Part shown: positions 38,279 to 47,777 of the stretch, piece after piece
Position numbering within the stretch: position 1 is the first letter of the stretch
Layout: the number at the start of each line of letters is the position of its first letter
DNA from: Mesotaenium endlicherianum
Lineage: Eukaryota
Reading direction: 5' to 3'
Assembly: GCA_009602735.1 (NCBI GenBank)
Contig: WELA01001485.1
Span: 1-64,000, forward strand
DNA: 64,000 nucleotides
Program-made: the position numbers and the translations under genes
The notes under the pieces: generated by a model
What the model was told of the DNA's origin: nothing
The model's database searches: none
What the model saw: only the letters and a program-made list of their open reading frames with translations

Positions 38279-41200
38279 TTATTTTTCAACCAGCACATTT
38301 TCTTTTGCCGATACGCCCAAACAATTTTCCAGGATGGCTTTCACTTCCGGTCGGCAGCTGCCGCAGCCCATGCCGGCGCCTGTAAGCTGGCACAATTGCA
38401 AATGGTCTTTACAACCCTCCTTGATCTTATTGAGCAGGTTGCCTTCGCCCACGTTGTTGCAACTGCATACCAGTTTTCCGATAACAGGTTCCGCGGCCTT
38501 ACCGGAACGCAGTAACTGCAAGCGTTTTTCACTCAGTTCAATTTTTTGTTCGATGAGGTTCCTGAATTCCAGGAACTCAGATTTATCCCCGATAAGGATG
38601 GCGCCGATGAGCCGGTCGTTGTGAATGATGCATTTTTTATAATATCGCTTGGCTTTGTCGATGAATACCACTTCTTCATACGCAGGATCATCAGGACATT
38701 CCACTTCACCCAGCGAACAGAGATCGGTTCCGTGCATTTTTAAAATATTCATCAACAAAGAGCCTGTATAGTATTTTGAAATATCACCGGTCAGGTATCG
38801 CGCAACAATTTCTGCCTGCTGTTCTGCAGCAGCCGTAATGCCATACAGGAATCCTTTGAATTCCGCTATCTCGCCAACAGCAAAAATGTTAGGATCACTG
38901 GTTTGCAGGTACTCGTTGATCAGCACCCCTCTTTTGCAATGCACACCTCCTGCTTTCGCAATCTCAATGTTCGGAACAGTTCCGATGGCTATTACAATAG
39001 CCTGACAGTTCACGATCAATCCACTTTTCAACCGGATGCCCGATACCGTGTTATTACCCAGGAAGCGCTCTATCTCATCGTTATAATAAATCTCTACACC
39101 TTTATCAACCAGCTCTTCATGCAATAATTGACTGCCAAGCGGATCCAACTGACGGTCCATCAGCCTGGATATCCTTTGTACAATGGTCACTTCCACATTC
39201 ACTTCACGCAGCGATGCTGCCAGTTCGATGCCAAGCAATCCTCCGCCTACAATGACCACCCTGCCATTGGCAGCGTCTATGTGATTTTTAAAATGATCAG
39301 CATCGGTTCTGCTACGCATGGTAAAGATTCCTTGCATGGCAGGAACATCCCTGAGCATGGCAGCCCTGCTGCCTGTTGCCATGAGCAGCACATCATACGA
39401 ATGCACACCGCCTTTATCATCGGTAACCAACTTTTTTTCTTTGTCGATATGCGTGATGCTTACACCGCGATGCAGCTTGATATTGTAATGATATTCTTCT
39501 TCATCAGACATTTTCACCAGGTTACCCCAGGGAAGTGTGCCGGTAATATAATCGGGCAGCAATACGCGGTTGTAAAAAGGAAAATTCTCTTTGCTGAATA
39601 TTTCGATCTCGTCTTCTGTATTCAGCGTCCGGTAACTTTTCACAAAGCCGCAAGCGCCTGCACCCGCGCCAATTACAATGATCTTTTGTTTGGGCTTGGT
39701 ATACAATTTTACTTCAACTGCAGAGAATTTAAAATCAGGCTCTTTGCTTTGCGGATCTACCAGGTTATTTGTGAGGTTATTGGCGCGATTGAGATCGCTA
39801 TCCAACACCTTGCCCCAGTGCATGGGCAGGAATACAACGCCCTGTTTAATATTGTCAGACAACCTGGCTTTCACCCGCACATGACCTCTTTCATTGGCGA
39901 TCTCTACCAGGTCGTTCTCCCTGATCTTTCTTTGTGCAGCATCTTCGGGATGCATTTCAAGAAAAGATTCGGATATGTGTTGCTTCAGTTTATTCACTTT
40001 ACCCGTTTTGCTCATGGTATGCCACTGGTCTCGGATACGGCCGGTAGTAAGTATCAGCGGGAAATCGGGGCTAATTTTCTCCGACAGGTTTTCATCAGGA
40101 AAAGAACGGATGATCGCACGTTGAGAAGCTGTATAAAATGTTTTATCGGTAAAAAGTCTTGCAGTGCCATGTCCATTAATAGTCTTTGTATAAGGCCACT
40201 GCACAGCGCGTTTTTCTTTCAGTATAGCATGACTGAGATCACTGATATCAACATGAGTATCCTTTGTCAATGCAGCATGTTCGGCAAAGATGGCGGCCGC
40301 ATTGGGATAATCAAATCCTTTGTATCCCATTTTCTGTGCAAAACGGCAAATGATCTCGGCATCGGGTAACGCCTCGCCGGGCGCTTCTTTTATTTTATGC
40401 AGGTAACCAATGCGTCGTTCAGCATTGGTCATGGTGCCTTCTTTTTCTGCCCAGGCAGCAGCAGGTAATACCACATCGGCGTATTTGATCATCTCCGATT
40501 GATGGCTAATCTCTTGTACTACCACAAATTTTGCTTTTTGCAAAGCAGCTTCTGCCTTGCGCACATCGGGCAGACTGATCAAAGGATTGGTACACAACAC
40601 CCATATCGCTTTAAGCTTGCCTTCGTTCAGTGCATCGAACATTTCGGTAGCGGTCAATCCGGGTTGAGCCGCGATCTTTCCGGGCATAATATTCCAGAAC
40701 TGTTCTACTTCGGCGCGGTGCTGCGGGTTTTGCAAATCGCGATGCGCAGGTAATAAGTTAGACAATCCACCTACTTCCCGCCCGCCCATGGCATTGGGCT
40801 GACCGGTCAGTGAAAGCGGGCCGGAGCCTGGTTTACCAATATGTCCTGTGATGAGATTGAGATTAATGAGCGACAGGTTCTTATTTACACCAATCACACT
40901 CTGGTTAAGACCCATGGTCCACATGGTGATGAACCCATTCGCATCAGCGATCATCCTGGCGGCCAACCTGATATCGCTTTCCTCTATACCGCAGATGATC
41001 GCCGCTTCGGCAACCGTTCTTTCAAAAACGATCGCCCGGTATGTTTCGAATCCTTCTGTATGGTTTTCAATGAATGCAGGGTCGACGTCGTCGTTTTCTA
41101 TGAGTGCCCTGCCAATGGCATGATGCAGTGTGATATCCGTTCCGGGATTCAGTTGTAAATGAAGATCAGCGAGGGAACAGGTTTGTGTTTTACGCGGATC

Positions 41201-41824
41201 GCTTACAATGATCTTGAGGGCCGGATTTTTTTCTTTGGCTTTTTCTACCCGTTGCCATAAGATCGGGTGACACCAGGCGGGGTTGGCGCCTGCTACAAAG
41301 ATCAGATCGGCCAGTTCAATATCATCATAGCATACGGGTACACAATCTTCACCAAGGCTCATCTTATAGCCGGCCACAGCGCTACTCATACACAGCCGCG
41401 AATTGGTGTCGATGTTATTGGTTCCGATGAACCCCTTCACCAGTTTGTTGATCACATAATATTCTTCTGTGAGACATTGACCGGAAGCATAGAAAGCAAC
41501 CGCATCGGGTCCGTATTTATCAATCAATGTTTTGAACACTGCAGCCGTTCTTTCCAATACACTATCCCACGAAACCTTTTGCCTTGGCTGATTTCTGGCG
41601 TAACGCATTTCAGGATAGAAAATACGGTCGCTGGTATCGTTCACCGTATAGTGCAGGTTCCTGCCTTTGCTGCAAAGCTGTCCCCTGTTCACCGGATGAT
41701 CGGCATCTCCTTCAATGGTAACCCGTCCAAGCTTATCGGTATCTGCCACAATGCCGCAGCCTACACCACAGTAACAACAGATAGTTGTTTTTTTTTCGAT
41801 ACTATTTGTCTTTATCTCACTCAC
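38279..41824 (-). CDS. nasA: Assimilatory nitrate reductase fused to a FAD/NAD(P)H oxidoreductase and a BFD-like [2Fe-2S] domain
   Basis: CCYCGVGCG...LCSKG, DTNSRLCMSSA, TGQPNAMGGRE, TTGRIRDQWHTM, then VIGAGAG / GGGLLGIE and CSCNNV...GMGCGSC. Confidence 0.92.
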   Translation of the reverse strand: MSEIKTNSIEKKTTICCYCGVGCGIVADTDKLGRVTIEGDADHPVNRGQLCSKGRNLHYTVNDTSDRIFYPEMRYARNQPRQKVSWDSVLERTAAVFKTLIDKYGPDAVAFYASGQCLTEEYYVINKLVKGFIGTNNIDTNSRLCMSSAVAGYKMSLGEDCVPVCYDDIELADLIFVAGANPAWCHPILWQRVEKAKEKNPALKIIVSDPRKTQTCSLADLHLQLNPGTDITLHHAIGRALIENDDVDPAFIENHTEGFETYRAIVFERTVAEAAIICGIEESDIRLAARMIADANGFITMWTMGLNQSVIGVNKNLSLINLNLITGHIGKPGSGPLSLTGQPNAMGGREVGGLSNLLPAHRDLQNPQHRAEVEQFWNIMPGKIAAQPGLTATEMFDALNEGKLKAIWVLCTNPLISLPDVRKAEAALQKAKFVVVQEISHQSEMIKYADVVLPAAAWAEKEGTMTNAERRIGYLHKIKEAPGEALPDAEIICRFAQKMGYKGFDYPNAAAIFAEHAALTKDTHVDISDLSHAILKEKRAVQWPYTKTINGHGTARLFTDKTFYTASQRAIIRSFPDENLSEKISPDFPLILTTGRIRDQWHTMSKTGKVNKLKQHISESFLEMHPEDAAQRKIRENDLVEIANERGHVRVKARLSDNIKQGVVFLPMHWGKVLDSDLNRANNLTNNLVDPQSKEPDFKFSAVEVKLYTKPKQKIIVIGAGAGACGFVKSYRTLNTEDEIEIFSKENFPFYNRVLLPDYITGTLPWGNLVKMSDEEEYHYNIKLHRGVSITHIDKEKKLVTDDKGGVHSYDVLLMATGSRAAMLRDVPAMQGIFTMRSRTDADHFKNHIDAANGRVVIVGGGLLGIELAASLREVNVEVTIVQRISRLMDRQLDPLGSQLLHEELVDKGVEIYYNDEIERFLGNNTVSGIRLKSGLIVNCQAIVIAIGTVPNIEIAKAGGVHCKRGVLINEYLQTSDPNIFAVGEIAEFKGFLYGITAAAEQQAEIVARYLTGDISKYYTGSLLMNILKMHGTDLCSLGEVECPDDPAYEEVVFIDKAKRYYKKCIIHNDRLIGAILIGDKSEFLEFRNLIEQKIELSEKRLQLLRSGKAAEPVIGKLVCSCNNVGEGNLLNKIKEGCKDHLQLCQLTGAGMGCGSCRPEVKAILENCLGVSAKENVLVEK

Positions 41825-41862
41825 GGTAATGATTTAATAAGGCAAGCAATCGTTGACAGGTA

Positions 41863-43164
41863 TTACTTGTTGTATTCCATCGCCATTTTCAGACGCACAC
41901 GTTTTTCTTCTTTTGAGAACCTGGTCACCAGTACTATCAGTGATACGCCAATGACGATCATTCCTATATAGCTGAACGCGTCCAGGTAAGTAATACCTTT
42001 CGCTTTGAACAGGAATCCGAACAACATTCCTCCTACATTGCCTCCGGCGCCTACAATACCGCTCACTAAGCCTATGTTCTTTTCGCTGATAAATGGTGTA
42101 ATGGCATAAGTAGTACCGTTAGCCATTTTAAGGAACAGGGCAAAAAAGATCATGAAGAAAATGGCCATACCAAAAGAACCCGATTTGGCAAACAGGATCA
42201 GGCCGAATCCTTCCAGCAGCAGTACCAGCGACAAAAGAATACCCTTTCCCCACATACCATAAGCTTTCCCTACTTTGTCTGCAAGGAGTCCGCCAAGCGC
42301 TCTTGCAAAAAGATTCATGAAGCCGAATAAGCCTGCACAGAGACCGGCGGTGCCCTGGCTGAGTTTGTATTCCTGTACAAAATGAAGGGCCGCTACATTA
42401 TCGAATGTGATCTCCATTCCAAAACAAACGGCATAAGCGAGTGCGAGCGACCATACACGCCAGTCTTTCAGCACGCTGTAATTCTTTTTTCCTTTGACTT
42501 TAGGCGCTCTTTCTATTTCGTCGAAATTCCCGGCAGGTGTGTCTTTGGTAAAACGATAATAGAGAAATGCAGCGATGAGCATCAATGCGCCGGGAACGAT
42601 CATCGCATAACGCCAAGCTTCCTGTTTGGTATAGCCTATACCCACAATGGCGGCGAATATCACCGGCATGATCATATTGGTAACACCTCCGCCCAGGTTA
42701 CCCCACCCACCGGCTACAGCGTTGGCAGTTCCTTTGATTTCCGGGGCAAACATCATGGAAGTATGGAACTGTGTGATCACGAAAGAAGCGCCAATAACAC
42801 TGATAGCCAGGCGAAACAACAGAAATGAAGTGTAATCATGTGCAAAACCCACGCACATCACGGGAATAGCACCCAGTAACAACAAAGCGGTATAGGTTTT
42901 TCTTGGGCCCCATATATCGCATAATTTTCCGATTAGCAAACGGGCGATAATGGTACCTGATACTGATGCAATAACCACATTACCTATCTGCGATTTATCG
43001 AGGTGAAGGTCTTCCTTGATGGTAGGCATCAAAGGAGCAAGGCCAAACCACCCAAAGAAACATACAAAAAAAGTAAACCACGTAATATGAAAACTACGCA
43101 TCTGAATTCCTTTAAAGGAAAAGACATTGAGTTTAGTGAGTGGTTGATTCGGATTGAGCGACAT
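41863..43164 (-). CDS. narK: NarK/NRT2 nitrate/nitrite MFS transporter
   Basis: FHITWFTFFVCFFGWF, GTANAVAGGWGNLGGG, FGFMNLFARALGG, GIVGAGGNVGG. Confidence 0.92.
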   Translation of the reverse strand: MSLNPNQPLTKLNVFSFKGIQMRSFHITWFTFFVCFFGWFGLAPLMPTIKEDLHLDKSQIGNVVIASVSGTIIARLLIGKLCDIWGPRKTYTALLLLGAIPVMCVGFAHDYTSFLLFRLAISVIGASFVITQFHTSMMFAPEIKGTANAVAGGWGNLGGGVTNMIMPVIFAAIVGIGYTKQEAWRYAMIVPGALMLIAAFLYYRFTKDTPAGNFDEIERAPKVKGKKNYSVLKDWRVWSLALAYAVCFGMEITFDNVAALHFVQEYKLSQGTAGLCAGLFGFMNLFARALGGLLADKVGKAYGMWGKGILLSLVLLLEGFGLILFAKSGSFGMAIFFMIFFALFLKMANGTTYAITPFISEKNIGLVSGIVGAGGNVGGMLFGFLFKAKGITYLDAFSYIGMIVIGVSLIVLVTRFSKEEKRVRLKMAMEYNK

Positions 43165-43202
43165 ATAATTCAGTTATAAAAGGTGAATAAAAGAGGCTGG
43201 TA

Positions 43203-43556
43203 TTACACGATACCTTCTACTCCAATGAATACGTGGCCTCCCTCTATCTTCACTGGATAAGTGCGAATTGAACATTCGTCGTCGTTCAGACATTCACCCG
43301 TTACCAGTGAAAATGTTTTCTTATGAAAGGGGCATGCCACTTTGGGTACATCATTTTGCGAACCGATCATGCCCCTGCTCAATGCCATCTGGCGGCGATG
43401 CGGACATTCATTCTGCGTAGCATACCATTCGTTACGGCGGGTAAAATGATAGAGCGCAATTTGCTCTTCACCGTATTTTACGCATACCCCGCCATTGGAA
43501 GGAACATCTTCTACACTGCAGGCATGGAACCATGCCATTGTTTCCATTTCTGTCAT
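43203..43556 (-). CDS. nirD: Nitrite reductase small subunit
   Basis: Rieske-like QNECPHRRQMALSRG...VACPFHKKTFSL. Confidence 0.92.
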   Translation of the reverse strand: MTEMETMAWFHACSVEDVPSNGGVCVKYGEEQIALYHFTRRNEWYATQNECPHRRQMALSRGMIGSQNDVPKVACPFHKKTFSLVTGECLNDDECSIRTYPVKIEGGHVFIGVEGIV

Positions 43557-43590
43557 AGTTGTATTTTTTAAATGATGAATTGAATAATTA

Positions 43591-46086
43591 TTATTTCCAT
43601 TCTTTGGCCCTTTTCTGTTCCCGCATCTCTTCAAAAGCAATGCTGGGGTCTTTTTCTTCGGGCGCATTTACAAAATGGTTGAATCGTTTTCTTATTTCCG
43701 GGTTTTCGATCGCTTCTTTCCATTCGCACTTATAACTGTCTACCAATAACTGCATTTCTTCTTCCAGCTTTGCTGCAATGCCCAGGCTGTCGTTAACCAC
43801 TACATTTCTGAGGTAGTCGATACCACCTTCCATTTTATTCAGCCAGGTAGCAGTTCTTGTCAATGGATCGGCAGTTTTGATATAGAACATCAGGAAACGG
43901 TCAATAAAACGGATACAGGTTTCTTCGTCGAGATCAGTTGCTAGCAATAAAGCGTGTTGCGGTTTGGAACCACCGTTACCACATACATAGAGGTTCCATC
44001 CTTTTTCTGTGGCAATGATGCCGAAGTCTTTACTCTGTGCTTCGGCACATTCACGTATGCATCCCGAAACCGCAGATTTGATCTTATGCGGAGCCCGGAG
44101 TCCACGGTACCTTTCTTCAACACGAATAGCAAAACTTACACTGTCATGCAAGCCAAACCGGCACCAGGTGCTGCCCACACAACTCTTCACTGTACGCAGC
44201 GCTTTTCCATAAGCATGTCCGCTTTCAAAACCGGCCTCGATCAGTTCTTCCCAGATCAATGGCAGGTCTGATAAATGCGCACCGAAAAGATCAATACGCT
44301 GGCCGCCTGTTATTTTAGTATAGAGATGATATTTTTTAGCTACCTGTCCGATCACTATCAACTTATCGGGCGTGATCTCACCGCCGGGTATGCGCGGCAC
44401 CACAGAATAAGTACCACCTTTCTGTATGTTGGCCAGGAAACGGTCGTTGCTGTCCTGCGCGGTATCGTTTCCTTTTTTCAGGATCATTTCATTCCACAGG
44501 CTGGCCAGGATGGAAGCCACCGAAGGTTTACATAATTCACAGCCATCACCTGTTCCCAGTTTATTCAATACATCTTCATAGCTTTTCAATTCGTGCAGTT
44601 TCACCAGGTCGTACAATTCCTGGCGACTGTAATGGAAATGCTCACAGATAACATTACGGATATATTTACCCTGTGCTTTTAATGTATGATTCACCAGGTC
44701 TTTGATCATGGGCAAACAACCACCACAGCCCGTTCCGGCTTTCGTACATTTTTTGATAGCATCCACTGTTTCTTCGCCATCTTCTACTGCTTTGCAGATA
44801 GCTCCTTTGGTCACACTCTCACAACTGCATATATAAGCGTCATCGGGCAGGCTCAATACACCGGCTTCCTGCGATTCTCCACCCCTGGCACCCAGGATGA
44901 TGTCTTCGGGATTGGGAGGTAATACGATCTTGTTTTTGCAGGTCTGCAACAACATATTGTATTGTTCGGCATCGCCTACAAGAATACCGCCCAGGAGTTG
45001 TTTGCCGTCTGCACTGATGTTGACTCTTTTGTAAACACCATTGATGCCATCATTAAACACAATGGTTCTTGTTTCGCCATCATTGATGAAAGGATTTCCA
45101 AAGCTGGCCACATCAACGCCGATGAGCTTGAGCTTCGTGCTCATGTCAAAACCGGTAAAAGCTTTTTCACTATCGGTCAGTTGTCCCACCACCACTTCGG
45201 CCATTTCATAACCCGGCGCAACAAGTCCATAGATCATTTCATTATGCAGCGCGCATTCACCGATGGCATAGATATCGGGATCAGATGTTTGTAATAAATC
45301 ATTCACTACAATACCACCGCGCGGACCGGTGAGCAACCCGGCAGCTTTGGCCAGTTCGTCCCTGGGTTTGATACCCGCCGAAATAACAAGCATATCGGAT
45401 TCAAGGATGGACCCGTCTGCGAATGAGAGACCGGTTATTGCTTCTTCACCCAGAATAGCTGATGTGTTTTTAGCAGTATAGATGGTAAGTCCCAGGGCTT
45501 CCAGTTTTGATTGCAGTAATTGCGATCCCAGTTCATCTACCTGGCGAGGCATCAGGCGGGGTGCAAATTCTATCACGCTGGTGTCGGCGATACCCAGGTC
45601 GAGCAAGGCTTTGGCCGCTTCCAGACCCAGTAGTCCGCCACCGATCACAGTACCTTTCTTCGCCCTGCCTGCCCATGCTTTCATCAATTCCAGGTCTTCG
45701 ATCGTCCTATATATAAATACACCGTTTTTTTCCACCCCCGGTATGGGGGGCACGAAGGCCGATGAGCCTGTGGCCAGGACCAGGTAATCATAATGGACTT
45801 CCAGGCCTTTGTGGGAATACACTGTTTTACGATCACGGTCGATCTTCTGCACGGGATCGCCCAAATGAAGCTGGATGTTATTGGAAAAGTACCAATCGGC
45901 GGATGCCATGGAAAGGTCTTCGGCAGATTTGCCGGAAAAAAACTCACTGAGGTGCACCCTGTCATATGCGGGGCGGCTTTCTTCCCCGAATACGGTCAGC
46001 TCAAACTGACCATGGGTGTTTTTAGCTACCAGTTTTTCGCAAAACTTATAGCCTACCATACCGTTACCTACTACCACTACTCTCAT
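43591..46086 (-). CDS. nirB: NADH nitrite reductase large subunit
   Basis: VVGNGMVG, YDRVHLS, DMSTKLKLIGVDVASFG, KSCVGSTWCRFG, SGCIRECAEAQ. Confidence 0.95.
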   Translation of the reverse strand: MRVVVVGNGMVGYKFCEKLVAKNTHGQFELTVFGEESRPAYDRVHLSEFFSGKSAEDLSMASADWYFSNNIQLHLGDPVQKIDRDRKTVYSHKGLEVHYDYLVLATGSSAFVPPIPGVEKNGVFIYRTIEDLELMKAWAGRAKKGTVIGGGLLGLEAAKALLDLGIADTSVIEFAPRLMPRQVDELGSQLLQSKLEALGLTIYTAKNTSAILGEEAITGLSFADGSILESDMLVISAGIKPRDELAKAAGLLTGPRGGIVVNDLLQTSDPDIYAIGECALHNEMIYGLVAPGYEMAEVVVGQLTDSEKAFTGFDMSTKLKLIGVDVASFGNPFINDGETRTIVFNDGINGVYKRVNISADGKQLLGGILVGDAEQYNMLLQTCKNKIVLPPNPEDIILGARGGESQEAGVLSLPDDAYICSCESVTKGAICKAVEDGEETVDAIKKCTKAGTGCGGCLPMIKDLVNHTLKAQGKYIRNVICEHFHYSRQELYDLVKLHELKSYEDVLNKLGTGDGCELCKPSVASILASLWNEMILKKGNDTAQDSNDRFLANIQKGGTYSVVPRIPGGEITPDKLIVIGQVAKKYHLYTKITGGQRIDLFGAHLSDLPLIWEELIEAGFESGHAYGKALRTVKSCVGSTWCRFGLHDSVSFAIRVEERYRGLRAPHKIKSAVSGCIRECAEAQSKDFGIIATEKGWNLYVCGNGGSKPQHALLLATDLDEETCIRFIDRFLMFYIKTADPLTRTATWLNKMEGGIDYLRNVVVNDSLGIAAKLEEEMQLLVDSYKCEWKEAIENPEIRKRFNHFVNAPEEKDPSIAFEEMREQKRAKEWK

Positions 46087-46268
46087 AATGCTTGGGTTAA
46101 GCGTGAAATAGTGGCAAACAATCGAATTATAAATAATTCTATGTAATATTATTTACACAGATATTATATTATTTCATTTAAAATGGCGATTTACATCATA
46201 AATTTAGAAACAATTATGTAATTTTATACAAAACACTAAAATATTTTTTACATAATTTTAGTAATAAT

Positions 46269-47045
46269 ATGAAACTATCAATACCTTCGCTCTATCTGAT
46301 CGGGGCCGGACCGGGAGATCCGGACCTAATCACCTTAAAAGCTATCAAAGCCCTCCGGAAAGCAGAAGTCGTTCTATATGATGCCCTGGCTAATGAAAGC
46401 CTGCTCGATTACACCCCTCCAGGTTGTATCAGGCAATTCGTTGGTAAACGGTATGGATGTCATGCTTTGTCTCAGGAAGAGATCAACCGGCTGATCCTGG
46501 AACATGCAGGCACCTATCGCCATATTGTACGGCTGAAAGGGGGCGATCCCTTTGTATTCGGAAGGGCGATGGAAGAAATTTCCATTGCAAAAGCAGCCGG
46601 AATGAACATAGAACTCATTCCGGGTATTTCCAGTGCACTGGCCGTACCAGCTACCCAGTTGATCCCTCTTACATGCAGGGGCATCAATGAAAGCTTTTGG
46701 GTCACTACCGGAACAACCCGTTCAGGAGAAATATCGGCCGATATACAATGGGCCGCACAATCTTCTGCAACCGTTGTCATACTGATGGCCATGAGTAAAC
46801 TCGAAGCCATTATGGAAACATTCGAACGTTATGGTAAAAAAGATACTCCTGTTGCCATCATCCAGAGTGGCACAACTGCAGCCGAAAAAATGGTGATCGG
46901 TACCGTGAAAGATATTTTCTTCAAAGCCCAGTATGCCGGCATAAGCAATCCGGCAGTCGTAGTGGTAGGAGAAGTGGTGAAACTGCACCCTTCTTTATTA
47001 AAAGATGAACTGATGCACCGGCTGATACCTGCCACCACCGGATAA
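46269..47045 (+). CDS. cobA: Uroporphyrinogen-III C-methyltransferase
   Basis: GAGPGDPDLIT, VVLYDAL, VRLKGGDPFVFGR, IPGISS. Confidence 0.93.
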   Translation: MKLSIPSLYLIGAGPGDPDLITLKAIKALRKAEVVLYDALANESLLDYTPPGCIRQFVGKRYGCHALSQEEINRLILEHAGTYRHIVRLKGGDPFVFGRAMEEISIAKAAGMNIELIPGISSALAVPATQLIPLTCRGINESFWVTTGTTRSGEISADIQWAAQSSATVVILMAMSKLEAIMETFERYGKKDTPVAIIQSGTTAAEKMVIGTVKDIFFKAQYAGISNPAVVVVGEVVKLHPSLLKDELMHRLIPATTG

Positions 47046-47082
47046 AATGCTTTACCAAAAGCTGCAGGAGAACTAGGCGATT

Positions 47083-47772
47083 ATGAAAAAAAACAAGAAG
47101 AACTGCGATCTCAAAAGTTGCATGCTTTGTAAGCACTGTCTGAGCGATTGGCTGCCTGCCGTAGATAAAAACCGGAAAAGTTTTCACCTGAAAAAAGGGG
47201 AACTGCTGTTCAGGGAAGACGAAGAAGTTACCGGCATGTACTTCATCCATACCGGCCTCGTGAAAGTACATAAGAAATGGGGCTTGGAAAAAGAACTGAT
47301 CCTGCGTATTGCCGGTAACGGCGCTATTGTAGGGCACAGGGGATTAGGCTCCGACACTGTATACCCCGTGTCAGCCACCGCACTTCAACCTACCGATGTC
47401 TGCTTCATTGACCTGGACTTTTTTCGCTCTACCTTAAAAGTAAACCACGATTTTCTTTACCACCTGATGATGTTCTTCGCTGCAGAATTAAAAGAGTCGG
47501 AAAAGCGCATGCGAAACCTGGCGCACATGACCGTAAAAGGAAGGATCGCCAATGCCCTGCTCACTTTCAAGGAAAAATTCGGCACGAACAACGAGGGATG
47601 TATTGACCTGTACCTCAGCAAACAGGACCTGGCGTCTTATACCGGCACTACCTACGAGACATTGTTCCGTATCATGAATGAAATGACAGAAGAAGCAGCT
47701 ATTTCAGTAGACGGTAAAAAGATCACCATCCGCAACCTAGACCTGCTGCACCGTTTCATCAAAGACGAATAA
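47083..47772 (+). CDS. Crp/Fnr-family regulator with N-terminal Cys cluster
   Basis: CDLKSCMLCKHC, cNMP-binding-like domain and HTH LSKQDLASYTGTTYETLFR. Confidence 0.9.
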   Translation: MKKNKKNCDLKSCMLCKHCLSDWLPAVDKNRKSFHLKKGELLFREDEEVTGMYFIHTGLVKVHKKWGLEKELILRIAGNGAIVGHRGLGSDTVYPVSATALQPTDVCFIDLDFFRSTLKVNHDFLYHLMMFFAAELKESEKRMRNLAHMTVKGRIANALLTFKEKFGTNNEGCIDLYLSKQDLASYTGTTYETLFRIMNEMTEEAAISVDGKKITIRNLDLLHRFIKDE

Positions 47773-47777
47773 AGTAA

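Noticed and set aside
39128..40369. 413-aa + strand ORF (and similar long antisense ORFs such as 41267..41971 and 52740..53402)
   Set aside because: Antisense shadows of well-supported genes with no recognisable motifs.
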